Positions 12,271 through 24,530 of a stretch of DNA of 64,000 nucleotides are shown piece by piece. The notes beneath the pieces are model-generated. The model saw nothing but the letters and a program-made list of their open reading frames with translations. It ran no database searches and was not told where the DNA came from. Every line of letters begins with the position of its first letter. Position 1 is the first letter of the stretch. The stretch is from Girardia tigrina (Eukaryota): positions 1-64,000 of the forward strand of contig MQRK01234846.1 in NCBI GenBank assembly GCA_001938485.1, written 5' to 3'. A program made the position numbers and the translations under genes.

Positions 12271-13326
12271 TTAGGGGTACCCAAATGTTATGTCGTTTTT
12301 TATTGATTTTTAGAAACAAAAATAAAACCATATAAAACATTTATTTAATCAGAAAAATAGTCCCCATCGCAATCGATGANNNNNNNNNNNNNNNNNNNNN
12401 NNNNNNNNNNNNNNNNNNNNNNNNNNNNNNNNNNNNNNNNNNNNNNNNNNNNNNNNNNNNNNNNNNNNNNNNNNNNNNNNNNNNNNNNNNNNNNNNNNNN
12501 NNNNNNNNNNNNNNNNNNNNNNNNNNNNNNNNNNNNNNNNNNNNNNNNNNNNNNNNNNNNNNNNNNNNNNNNNNNNNNNNNNNNNNNNNNNNNNNNNNNN
12601 NNNNNNNNNNNNNNNNNNNNNNNNNNNNNNNNNNNNNNNNNNNNNNNNNNNNNNNNNNNNNNNNNNNNNNNNNNNNNNNNNNNNNNNNNNNNNNNNNNNN
12701 NNNNNNNNNNNNNNNNNNNNNNNNNNNNNNNNNNNNNNNNNNNNNNNNNNNNNNNNNNNNNNNNNNNNNNNNNNNNNNNNNNNNNNNNNNNNNNNNNNNN
12801 NNNNNNNNNNNNNNNNNNNNNNNNNNNNNNNNNNNNNNNNNNNNNNNNNNNNNNNNNNNNNNNNNNNNNNNNNNNNNNNNNNNNNNNNNNNNNNNNNNNN
12901 NNNNNNNNNNNNNNNNNNNNNNNNNNNNNNNNNNNNNNNNNNNNNNNNNNNNNNNNNNNNNNNNNNNNNNNNNNNNNNNNNNNNNNNNNNNNNNNNNNNN
13001 NNNNNNNNNNNNNNNNNNNNNNNNNNNNNNNNNNNNNNNNNNNNNNNNNNNNNNNNNNNNNNNNNNNNNNNNNNNNNNNNNNNNNNNTTGCCTTTAAACC
13101 GCGGTCAAATTGAAAAAGTATACAATGACGCAAATGTGACTCATCCAATTTGTCTATTTCATCAATAAAATCATATGACATTTTATCTAAAAATAGGCAC
13201 AAATCAGAGTTAATACACTAACTGAAATTAATAAATAAAAATGGTAGAGTCAAAATAATGTAGGCGGCAGTTAAAAGATTTAGAAAAATATATCAAAAAA
13301 ACGACATAACATTTGGGTACCCCTAA
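12271..13326 (-). mobile_element. Mariner element, interior in an N gap
   Basis: TIRs ttaggggtacccaaatgttatgtcgttttt at both ends, TA TSD. ORF ends HLRHCILFQFDRGLKA ... IDCDGDYFSD*. Confidence 0.9.
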
Positions 13327-13739
13327 TATATTATTTTTAATTCTTTTATATTTTTTTAATATTTTTATTTGTACCTTTTTAATCTTTTCATTTATACTTT
13401 TTAATATTTGTATTTAAATTTTTTTTATTTATTTCCATTATGCAGTTAAGAGTAACTGTGCAATATTATTAGTTGGATAATCTTTTATTTCGTAATTTCT
13501 CAACTTTAATAATACATTTTTGTAATGTTAACTCACGAACTGATGAATTTGTGATGATACAGTCCTTAGCAAAAAAGTATCCTAAATCGGAAGTTATCGG
13601 TGAAAATCTGTTTAAAATAGACAATCTGAAAATAAATAACCAATCAAAAAATCTTTTAAAAAGATATTAAAAATAAGTCATTTATGAATAGTTGTTCGGA
13701 ATTTAAATTCCAATAATTATTATTATACCTTCTGTTGAC

Positions 13740-14060
13740 CAGCCGCTAATTAGAACGTTCAAAGAAAGGCCTTTCGATGAACATCGTCATTCCAACAAAC
13801 AAGGGCAAACATATGTCTTTCACAATGACAAAAGACCTGAAAGGTCCCCTGCTATTCAAATTACACGGTGACAGTGGGGATCTCGCCAAGTATCAATCGT
13901 TTATAAACGATTTATCAAGTATTTTGCCTGGAACACAGCATCATTTAATTCAGGATAATGCGAGAATACATTTCAATATTTCAACCACTATTGAAATGGT
14001 AAATTTGCACTCTTCTTGTCCACCCTCAATCCAAGGGAGACATTTTTCCGAAAAATGAAG
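13740..14060 (+). mobile_element. IS630/Tc1-like transposase fragment
   Basis: ORF 13777-14058 contains FINDL...HHLIQDNARIH. Confidence 0.55.
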
Positions 14061-14314
14061 CGGAACATCAGGACAGAAAAAAATCATTCAGGTCTTCTGC
14101 CACTTAGTCATCACTAAAGACTTTGTTTTGCATGAGAACATCGAAGCTGTAGCGGAAAAGACTACAAAGATACGATAAATTACAATCATCATTCAAAGAA
14201 ATTCTTTGCTGCCTGCCTTGTTAAGAATGGTGTTCACCTTTTTTTATCTTTAATTCAAAAATTTAAAGGAGACCTAAAAGTCCTCACACATGTAAAATAA
14301 AAATAAGTTATAGC

Positions 14315-14975
14315 TGTAAATAGCGTTGCCACTTTCATTATTATCACATTCTAAAGTCATAATTTAACACCACAAAAATTTATATTCACAATTCGTATAC
14401 TTAAACAAATTTCTTGTTACTTCAATTATTTCGCCCAAAATTAGTTCATTAAATTCTTTCGATTAAATTTTGAAAATATACAAAAATTTAAATCTTAAAT
14501 AATCTTATATTTTTTACAAAAATTTTACAATATTTTGATCTTAAATAATCTTATATTTTTTACAAAAATTTTACAATATTTTGATCTTAAATAATCTTAT
14601 ATTTTTTTACAAAAAATTTTACAATATTTAAATCTTAATTAATCTTATATGTTTTACAAAAAATTTACAAATTTTTAATGTAACCAAATTTTACATTCTT
14701 ATGAAACTTAATCATAAAACTAATTAATTTAAATTTACAATAACCATTTTATTAAAAAATTATTTCTGAGAATATTAATCCGTTAATTAAAATTTATTTA
14801 GCTTATTCTATAACTTTTATTAAAATATGTTAATTGTTATTACTGTAAACATATTTTAAATAAGTATTTTTTTATCATATTTTTACTCTACATTGTAATT
14901 GTTAATTTATTTCTTTTAAATTTTCAAATTAAAAAAATAAACTATTTTGGCGAAACTTAAAACTAACCCCTCATA
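14315..14975 (-). mobile_element. Solo LTR, TA...CA family, copy B, with internal ~45-bp tandem repeats
   Basis: tgtaaatagcg...aactaacccctcata, 5-bp TSD atagc (14310-14314 / 14976-14980). Confidence 0.85.
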
Positions 14976-15470
14976 ATAGCCAGGATACCATATATTTTAT
15001 CAACTTTTTGTTTTATAGTAAAACTAATATTTCAAATTCTTTTGTTTTATGTAACATGTTAAGTGTTTAGCTCAAAAAAGAAACAAATTTCTTATCGGCT
15101 GAAGCAAGTCTTTGAGTTATAACATCATTTAGTAAAGAGTTTTTAAAAAAACGTAAAATATAATATAATTATTTGGTGATTTTTCAGTTTGTATCCTTTT
15201 CGTTCTTTGCGTTTCTCTATTTGCTTTCCTTCAGTCAGATAGACAAACATTTACTGTTTTAATCTTTCCCATTTTGAGGAAATAACTTTAATTATTATAT
15301 TGATAAAATAATAACAAAATAAACAATATTTTTGTTGAAAAATGAAAAATGATGAAATATAAATTTAATTGAAAAAGTGAAAAAGTAATTTTATGATAAA
15401 TTCTTTTTTGGACCTTTGAGAATACGAAAGAATATCCATTGTTTGCAATAAATAATTGAAATACGAATAG

Positions 15471-15757
15471 ATACCGGAAATAAAAAAATTCAAAGGAAAC
15501 TGTTTGGTTTGGTTTATCAATAATCAGTTCTGGAAAGATGAGACCAAACTGGGTCAGCTGGTGTCAGAATCAGATACTAAGCAACCATTTGAGGTCCATC
15601 TGATCGGTATTTCTAAGAAAGATATGCCCAATATTCAATATGGAAATCGTAAATCAGTTTTCACTATTTTTCAATTATTGAATTTTTTATTTTTATTTAT
15701 TTAATAGTTTCAAAACTACAACCAAAAAGTGATTCTATCGATAAATTCGGAAATGAT
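15471..15757 (+). CDS. RBCK1: HOIL-1L-like copy 2, exons 3-4 (15471-15648, 15708-15757): second half of UBL and linker
   Basis: IPEIKKFKGNCLVWFINNQFWKDETKLGQLV... resembles HOIL-1L QQWVIGQRLARDQETL. 59-nt intron; phases 0/1/0 fit the neighbouring exons. Confidence 0.72.
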
Positions 15758-16867
15758 GTAATTCTTTTTATTTAAACTTAATTTGTAATTGAGCGAATTT
15801 TTGTTATCCAAAAACTATAAGTATATCAATATTTAAATTGATAGATAAGAATAATAATTATAACATAAGCAAAATGTCATTTTATTATTGTTGTCCAGAC
15901 AGTCTCTTAGTTTGATTCCGCTCCAGACCACTTCATTGTTGTGATCATTTCTGGTTGAAGATACCGTTCAGTAGTCGGCCTGTCCTCTCCCGCTTCTCCC
16001 GATCACACTTAGACAGTAGGGGCACGCCGTTTCTGCAGGTTTCGGAAAGTGTGCTGATTCGAAGGATTAAAATAAGATAATGTGACCAAGTGTCGGCCGA
16101 AATCCGAAACGAAAACGAATTTTGAGTGGGTGATAAAACGCCATTTATTTCGAAAAGGAACAACAAACATCATTGTTTATTAACATTTATTAATTTTCAA
16201 ATTTGCACTTTTTTATCGTGACACTTTTTATGCGTTTAAACTAGCGTTTTTATTTTGTTGGGTATTACAATTAAAGTCTCGTTTTATTTTTTAATTTATA
16301 ATCAACTACTAATCTGACTCCAAATAAACAAAAGGTTTCTTCCAACAATAATATATGAAGAATGAACAAGACCTTTAAATAATAATTTATTCTGCAAACC
16401 ACAATTGAAGTACAAATATAAATTCAACTTTTTCAGATACACTTCGATTCAAAGATCAAACTTCGATTAAACAGTTACAACAACTTTTTAGTTCCAGCGA
16501 TGCTAAAAATGATTTATTTATAACTTAACTTCTCCTTTACAGGATACTTGAATATTTCTTAATATTAACAAAAATCTAATTTACCGTACATTCAGGTTTA
16601 AATCTTTGAGTAATAATTTGTGTGAATTGTAACTGAAATAACTATTGCTTATATACTAATTTTTCCTAACCTTGAAAATTGAATAACTAAAACAATTCTC
16701 AAAATATTTATAAATTTTATTGAAATACTTTTATAATAATCAAAAAAATTATGAATTTTAACCAGCGAATTATTTTAATTTTTTTTATTAGATTTAAAAA
16801 TTAAATTTATATTTTTTCGGAACCCCAAACAATTTTCGCAATTTTCATTAATTTTTATCACACAATA

Positions 16868-17739
16868 CTGTTGGTGTCAATTAAATATATCAAATCGGAC
16901 AATTAGATGTATAACTTAATGTATTTATTTATTTGCGTCAAGAATCAACCAATCAAATCGCATATACTACATGCCTATTTAGCCGAATTCGGACAATTAA
17001 GCATACAATCTGACAATTAAGATGTATAATTTATTATAGAAGTTGTATGCAACAACGTTTTCAAACATACATAATTACACACAAACATACATGTAGACAA
17101 GAGCTAAAACACACATACACATTTGGACATTTAAATATATAATTGGACATTTAAGATTGTGTGTATTGTGAATAAATTTTTAATAAAATTTTCATATTGT
17201 TAGGAACGACATTGGTCGCATAAATGTCTCCTGTTTCTTCAGACATTCAAATAACAAAAGAGATAAGCTTGGATCCAAATAATTTATTTATCGACAACTT
17301 TTTGAATTACCCACAAAATTTCTGTTTATTTAAACAACTGAATTTATTTGAGGATATTTTAGTATTTCTATTTTTTAACCGTTTCTTATAAATATGGATA
17401 TGGATATAGATATATATATTTAATAATATCAATAATTATTTAAATGTTGAGAATTAAAATATCTTATAAATTATACTTACAAATCTTACACATATTATAA
17501 AATTTCTTGAGGCATTTAATCATAACGTTGCCAAAACGACAGGAAAAATAATTTTTTTCCGAAAAAGGCTTTTTAATATTGCCTAAAGGTAATCTTAGAT
17601 TTTGAATCGTTTGATTCGGCTAAATAGGCATGTAGTATATGCGATTTGATTGGTTGATTCTTGACGTAAATAAATAAATACATTAAGTTATATATTTAAT
17701 TTAATTGTCCGATTTGATATATTTAATTGACAACAACAG
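16868..17739. mobile_element. TA-flanked MITE with about 120-bp TIRs (Tc1/mariner type)
   Basis: ctgttggtgtcaattaaatatatcaaatcggac...tagccgaat is inverted at about 17614-17739; TA on both sides. Confidence 0.85.
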
Positions 17740-17741
17740 TA

Positions 17742-18958
17742 TTTTTATGTTTTTTTATTTCTGTTTCAATTATTGGAGCACCACATCACCCCCCGCCGAA
17801 GAATGCATAGCATGGTATGTGTGTCCGTCCGGCTGGTTTAGGAGGCTGGCAGTGTCAGGGGGTCCATTTAACGAAATGCAGCTGAGCTGTGTTGTGCGAT
17901 GTATTGTTAATATTGTTGTGTATGTCAGTTAGAGCTGTGGCATATGATAGTGAGCTGTCTGTTGTTGTTATGTTATGAAGGTGCAAGTTATTGTTCTGTG
18001 TGCTACTTGGCGTTGTTGCCAAAGCGTGTTGGGCGGACGATGGTTCATTGAGATAGGCGTCTTGTTGTCCTACCTTTGTTGGGAGGCGGTTGTGTGTTCT
18101 TTTCGTTGGAGTAATTGTTGTCCGCCTGTGACTTGGTTTCATCCTGGGTAATATGCTCCAATTGTCGGTAGGCCTTGAGCTTGCAGATATTCACAGTGAG
18201 CCCTTGACGTGGGCCAAAATTTTGACTGGGTTGTTGTTGAATGCGATGTTTAGAAACTTGTGTCGTTTGGTGTAGTTATCTTCTAGAGAGGTTGCGGTTT
18301 CTTTTTGGAGTCAGACAAACTTTGCGGTTGCAAGTTCTTTCGGAACAAAGATGTACTGTCCCCCAGGATTGGGTGTGGTTCTGTCGGCTTGCAGAAAGTG
18401 GTCGTGTGCTACTGTGAGCATCTCGTTCTTTGGTGCCTCATTACAAAAGAGGTTGTTGTTGAACGAGGTATTTGTCCTGAAGAGCAATTGGGCAGGCTAG
18501 GTACCATATCTGCTATGAGGAATGTTTCTCCAGTCTAACAAAATGATTGGCAGCTGTTTCGCCCAGTCGTGTGAACGTGCTACCCGAACGGTTTTTTTAT
18601 TAGGGTGCGGTGAAACCGTTCTATAAGACCGTTAGTTTGCGGGTGGTACGTGGGGATCCTGATTTTATGTATACCAAACTATTTGGTGAGTTCCCTGAAT
18701 AACTCCGACTCAAATTGCTGTCCTTTTGGGGATGCTGAATCGTGAAATACTGTGATTCACGAATATCTCAATGATTATGTCGGTTGGCAGTGTTCTGATC
18801 GGGAAGGCTTCGGCCCACCTAGTATTCTTGTCAAGAATGGTGAGGATTTACCTGTAGCCATGTGACGCTGGAAGTGGCCCAACGATGTCCATGTGCACCT
18901 TGTCAAACCGACTGCCGGAGGGATACGTCAAAGAGGGCGGCTTAGTGTGCTTTGTAAC
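17742..18958 (-). mobile_element. Ty3/gypsy integrase relic with long 3' region, PPT and LTR start
   Basis: VTKHTKPP..RFDKVHMDIVGPLP..LTILDKNTRWAEAFP..YHPQTNGLIERFHRTL; PPT at 17786-17800. Truncated by the element starting at 18959. Confidence 0.85.
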
Positions 18959-20662
18959 TGTAACAACGAATCACAAATCTATTAAAATATATTTTTCACT
19001 AACAAATACTTTAAAATAGACATTATTTAAACAAATAATTATCCATATTTTTTCATGTTAAATATTTCATTTGAGAAATAAATTTAACATGTAACACTCC
19101 CCCCATATTCTTCATCACAAGAATCTATATCTACTACATACTCGTTCAAATATTTCGGTTTTCGTCTTTCTCTTTGGGGTCTGTTGCTGATTCCCGATTC
19201 ACTTTGCTTAACACTCGGAACTGATTCGTTGTTATTTTCCAACATGTAATCCGAGTAAAAGTTTCTCGGCAGGTCTGGTTGTCTTGGTCGAATATCTGCT
19301 ATATACCGTGGACCGCAAAAACCATCACAATTTATTAAGTACTTTCTTTGATCCAATTTTCTAACGACAACGCCTCTTGTCCATTGCTTTGTACATGGCA
19401 TATTATTTTCAGGCTTTACCCAGACTAACTGTTGCTCTGCGAAGTCTGCCTTTACCTTATTGTAAACCGGATCCTTTTCAATTCTTTCGATTATCTCCAA
19501 ACCGACTGGAATGTACTTGTAAAGTCCTGAACTAGGTGTCTCCTTTCCGTCGGACGGTGTATTGTTATACCACCATAAGGCTTCCATGATACTGATATTC
19601 GATCGAGACGCAATTCTCTTGATTGTCTTATGATTTCTCTCTATTNNNNNNNNNNNNNNNNNNNNNNNNNNNNNNNNNNNNNNNNNNNNNNNNNNAATTC
19701 TCTTGATTGTCTTATGATTTCTCTCTATTATTCCGTTGCAATTTGGTCGATTAATAGCGCGGTATAGGACATGTACATTCCATTTTTCCATCAACTTGCT
19801 GAATTCGGCTGAATAAAATGTATAATTGTCAATAATCAACTCCTTTGGAGATCCACGCTCGCAGAACAAATTTGAAAACTCTGTAATAATCGACTTGACA
19901 TCCTCAGCTTTGATTAGTTTCCATACTGCAAATCGAGAGGGTCCACAATCAATGATACTTAAGAATTTTTGTTGATCAAATTTTGTGACATCCGCTNNNN
20001 NNNNNNNNNNNNNNNNNNNNNNNNNNNNNNNNNNNNNNNNNNNNNNTTGTTGATCAAATTTTGTGACATCCGCTGCAAGTCTTGTCCAGTTTTCATTAAC
20101 AGCTAATTTTCCAGTTTCCCATTTTATTGTTGCCGGATCAATAGATTGACAACTTTGACACTTCGAGATCAAATCCTTTATATCCGTATTTGACACATTT
20201 ATTTCCAGCTTATCGCACTGATATCGCATTCTCTTTGCACCTAAATGACATCTGTCATGAAGTTTCTGTAGTTTGAATATGTCATCTGTTACAGACAAAA
20301 GGCAACTGCTTCGTTTTAATTGTTTGGGTATTCTTGTCAGTTCATCAGCCTTGTTGTCTTCACTATTAACAAACTCAATTTTCAAAGTTATTTCGTATTC
20401 CTGGCATAACTCCTTAATCATTGACATTCGGCGCTTTATCAAAAGCTCGGAAGAGGCTTTCGTGTGTAATTTATTTCGGTCTGATAGTGCCTCAGTTATC
20501 CAAGAAACAACTGATTTGTTATCTGATTTTACTACAACATTCGTTAGTCCCCATTTAATACACAGATTTAGACCATTTACAACTGCTTCGAGTTCTGCTA
20601 CGTTTATGTGCCTAGAATCATCAGTTTTCCTTAACCACGATGCGTCTTCTATAATATTTCCT

Positions 20663-21786
20663 GGAGCGGAGAATTGCCAATTTGACCGAACATTTATTTT
20701 TGCCAGTTTCAAGGAAAGTGTATAATTAAATTAAATAATTAAATTAATAATTAATAACTAAATAAATTAATTAAATGATTAAATATAAAAATAAAATAAA
20801 TAAATTAAATTAATTAAATGTAAAATAAAAAGTCAAAATAAAATTAATATTTGGATTTCCTTTCATGCTTTTAAACCCATTTTAATTTGTTTTCTTTCAA
20901 TCAATTTCAATCGATTGATAACTGTCGACGGATTAGTTTTTTTAGTTTTGGTGATGCGTCTTTGTTCGTGAATGATTCAAGTATTCATATTTGATTGTGT
21001 AATTTTGAACTGTCGAAACCGATATAATTGAACAAATGGTGAGCCTCATTTTTATGTATGAATGCTGTGTGAATGTCTGGATTGCGTGTGTGTATAAATG
21101 AAATTGGGATTGGTTTGAATGTGTTAGCGTGTTTGTGTGTTTAATGATAATGTGAATGCGATTGGTTAAGTGTGTGTGTGGTGTGTAATTTGTTTTTAAA
21201 AATGAAATTTTGTCAGAATTAAAAAAAAATGGTGGTTTGAAAATTTCAATTTAAAAAAAATTGTTGAATAAAAAAATTGAAAAATCGGATATTGCCTTTA
21301 TTTTGTTTTGCAAAAAAATTGACGGCAAAGTGAACCTAAAATCAAATTTAAATTAATCGAAAAGTGATAAAGAAACGAAAGTTTATAGAGCTAAATTAGC
21401 TGAACAGGCTGAAAGATATGATGAAAATGGTTGATGCGATGAGAGATGTCGCTAAAATGACCGGCGAATTGAACATGATAGAGCGTAACTTATTATCCGT
21501 AGCATATAAAAACGTAATCGGAAGTCTGAGAGCGTCGTGGAGGATGATGAGTAGCATCGAACAAAAAGATCCTTCTCGACTTCCATTGATTAAAGCCTAC
21601 CGAAGTAAAATTGAAAGAGAATTGAAAGAAGTCTGCGCTGATATAATAGCCTTACTCGATGAGTTCTTGTTGGACCCTTCAAATGGCGGTGAAGCTAAAG
21701 TGCTCTTCTTAAAAATGAAAGGCGATTATTACCGTTTTCTGTCCACCTCTCTTCCTACAAAATCGTGGAGACACGGATTCCTGTCC
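20663..21786. mobile_element. 1.1-kb insertion in the RNase H of LTR copy 1, carrying a 14-3-3 fragment
   Basis: Absent from copy 2 (uninterrupted ataatatttcctttaac near 56263-56279). 7-bp TSD atttcct (20656-20662 / 21787-21793). GGA...TCC ends. Confidence 0.85.
21363..21744 (+). pseudogene. 14-3-3 protein, N-terminal half (frameshifted, truncated)
   Basis: VYRAKLAEQAERYDE/MV..ERNLLSVAYKNVIG..RASWR..KMKGDYYRFL. +1 frameshift near 21426; homology ends after DYYRFL. Confidence 0.93.
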
Positions 21787-23992
21787 ATTTCCTTTAACTT
21801 CCAATGCTGCCCCAATGGCTATCGAACTGGCATCACACCATATGATGCCGTCTTTACAATCATCAATACTCCATATTCCTCTACAAGGATCTTCCTCCTT
21901 AACTTTTTTCAAAACAAATTTGATTTTTTCCAATAATTCGACATCTATTTTTTCATCCCATTTTCCTTCACTAAGCCTTTTCATGTAGTAGCATGATGGA
22001 CGTAACCAACCAGCAACAGGGTGGATTCCTACTAATTGGCCACACATTGAATATAACTCGCGACGCGATATTGATTCGGCAACTATCTCGTCCTTGAAAT
22101 TATTATCTCTCATCCATCTCACTGAATTCTTATCTTTAAAGACTTTAACTCTCAACACTCATACATCTTTATCCATTGAGAGATTTTCTGGTTTTTTGCA
22201 TTTAAGACTAAATTTCTCGAACAACATTCTAATTTCGTCAACTGTGATTGTAGTTTCGTCAACGTAAATGCCATCGATGTACGAGTTGGTGTTTTCACGT
22301 ACTCTAGGATCAGAATTTAAAATCCACTTTACAATTTCAGTCATAATCGTCGGAGTGATATTTAAATCAAAGCCATCCTGGTTAGAGCGTACTTTTTTCC
22401 ATTAATGACACATGATTGATAACGCCACATTTCCTTGTGGACGCGAATCTGCATATACGCCTCTGATAAATCAAGCATGGAAAATCTTGATTCTTTTCGC
22501 CGCCAGGTACGAAGTTTTTCCAAACATATATCTGCTGAGTCACTGTACACGTCTACATAATTGTTCAATTTCCTAAAATCAAAGATCGGTCTTATCTTGG
22601 ATTTGTTAACTTGCAATATTCCAAATATGGGTATAGATCCTATCGATTTACCCATTTCCTTCACGTCATAATCGATTAAATAGCCCTTCTTCATCCACTC
22701 CTCAAGGATTTTCATTGTGGTTATGTCTTTCGATTTGTCATCCTTAAAGGTCGAATATCGAATTGGTAGATAAATCGGCGCTTCATCTTTCCACTTCCAT
22801 TTAACTGTCCAATTATCCTTAAATTCAATCTCATAATTGTGTTTGTTCAGGCTAACTCTTGGCACAACACCCGTGACACAACTCATATTGTCACCAGCCT
22901 TCTTTTGTCCTTCTCCTACACACACCAAATTCGATAACACCCTTATTAATTTTCACACCCCCAAGTTCACTTATAACATCCATACCAATTAAAATTCCCA
23001 AATCCTAGGGTAAGTATTTCATGACAGAACATTCTACTTTCTATTGTCTATAGTCAATTCCACGTCACTAATCCCTACACATATATCATCGCCATTAGCC
23101 AAAACAATTCTTTGCTCATTTGACTGTAACGAGTTTCCCTTGATCAACCCTTTCAAAACAACAGTTTTTGAGCAACCTGAATCNNNNNNNNNNNNNNNNN
23201 NNNNNNNNNNNNNNNNNNNNNNNNNNNNNNNNNNNNNNNNNNNNNNNNNNNNNNNNNNNNNNNNNNNNNNNNNNNNNNNNNNNNNNNNNNNNNNNNNNNN
23301 NNNNNNNNNNNNNNNNNNNNNNNNNNNNNNNNNNNNNNNNNNNTTATTTGTCCATTAGATTGCCGCTGAGAATTTTCATAACGGTTTACCCTTGTTTGTA
23401 CCAGATTTCCGTCATGTGGCACACGGGGTTTTGTAAAGGAACTCCTTCTATCGCCGCTGACCGCACCTCGTTCTTTAGAAACGATATTTCCATCACCAAC
23501 GTTTTGTACCGCTGACATTGAACTTTGTGTGACGCATTTTTTAATTCCTAAATACCTACGACTATATTCAACCATTTCGGTTAAATCTTGATCTCCGACC
23601 TGCTCNNNNNNNNNNNNNNNNNNNNNNNNNNNNNNNNNNNNNNNNNNNNNNNNNNNNNNNNNNNNNNNNNNNNNNNNNNNNNNNNNNNNNNNNNNNNNNN
23701 NTCCTTCGTAATATTTCAAATTAATCAGTTGGCTGTACGCAGATCGTCTGGTTAATCCGAATGAATTGTTCAAGATTTGCAGTACTTCTTCACAGTTGCT
23801 CTGTTTCTTTTCATCCAATTTCATGTATATATTTAACGGAACATCAGTCAACAAAAAAGGAAGATATTGGGCCGGATCCAAAATCCCATGGATTTTCATA
23901 ATCATCTTGAACTTTTTCTTCCAAATTTCAAAACTGCCGTTTCCATTAAATTTCTCCAAATGATCGGTATAATTTTTAAATCGCTTATCATT

Positions 23993-24004
23993 GCCCGGAT
24001 AGCT
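23993..24004 (-). promoter_or_regulatory. Putative primer-binding site AGCTATCCGGGC, complementary to nt 1-12 of tRNA-Lys(UUU)
   Basis: Directly abuts the 5' LTR end (..TTACA). Identical in copy 2 (59089-59100). The + strand reads GCCCGGATAGCT, the conserved 5' end of metazoan tRNA-Lys(UUU) as I recall it. Confidence 0.65.
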
Positions 24005-24047
24005 TGTAACAACGAATCACAAATCTATTAAAATATATATATTAAAA

Positions 24048-24086
24048 TAACCTTAACCCTAACCTAACCTAACCCTAACCTAAACT
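24048..24086. repeat. Short TAACC/TAACCC telomere-like tract
   Basis: taaccttaaccctaacctaacctaaccctaacctaaact. Confidence 0.7.
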
Positions 24087-24099
24087 ATACCATAGATAT

Positions 24100-24530
24100 G
24101 AATTGACCCTACTGACGCATCCATCTTCTCATCATCATATTCGACTAAATACCCATTTTTTATCCACTTGGTTAGAATCTCCATTGTTGATTTGTCTTTC
24201 GACTTTGACTCCTTCAAAACTGTATTTCTCCTCGACAAGTACTCAGGCGCATGAGATTTCCAGCTCTAGGAACAGCCCACACTTTATCGATTACGTCATT
24301 ACCAATAACACATCCTCCACGTCAAACACAACGGTACACGTGCCTACTGGCACCCGCAACCCGTTGGCTAACGTAACGTTATCCTGCTGCTGCTGTATCG
24401 ATGCTTCATCCACAAGACTTTTTCCATTCAATCTTTTCACGACCGAACGAGAGCATCCGGTATCCACTAAAGCTTTTCCCGTTCACAACGCATCGAATCA
24501 CCGGAAGCGCTTTAAATCCCCCCGAGAAGC
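24100..24530 (-). mobile_element. Retrotransposon aspartic protease relic
   Basis: Minus strand LPVIRCVVNG../ALVDTGCSRSVV..VTLANG. Confidence 0.7.

Larger units (their letters stand above)
18959..24038 (-). mobile_element. Compact LTR retrotransposon, copy 1 (gag-PR-RT-RNaseH-IN), degenerate
   Basis: 3' LTR 18959-19096 (138 bp, TG..CA), PPT 19097-19113, truncated 5' LTR 24005-24038. gag EKFNGNGSFEIW; RT IRPIFDFRKLN / LDLSEAYMQI / YIDG; RNH WCDAS..HINVAEL..SDN; IN HHCC + DDE. Confidence 0.93.

Noticed and set aside
12376-13113. Long X-filled ORFs (also 32296-33043 and 38416-38827)
   Set aside because: Open only because of N gaps.
16437-16520. Possible additional HOIL-1L exon after ttttcag
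   Set aside because: No convincing donor or homology; exons 4 and 5 already join in phase without it.
19616-20076. Short duplications in integrase (ERNHKTIKRI, ADVTKFDQQ)
   Set aside because: Each flanks a 50-N gap, so these are contig-overlap scaffolding artefacts.
20663-20712. N-terminus of the 542-aa ORF (MKLAKINVRSNWQFSAP)
   Set aside because: Derived from the 1.1-kb insert; the real pol continues at 21787.
21418-21936. 172-aa ORF looking like a 14-3-3 with a novel C-terminus
   Set aside because: After DYYRFL it reads through the insert end into antisense retrotransposon pol, so it is a chance read-through.
23993-24070. Possible tRNA-Lys gene or SINE head
   Set aside because: Only the first 12 nt match; there is no D-loop, anticodon arm or B-box, and LTR sequence follows.
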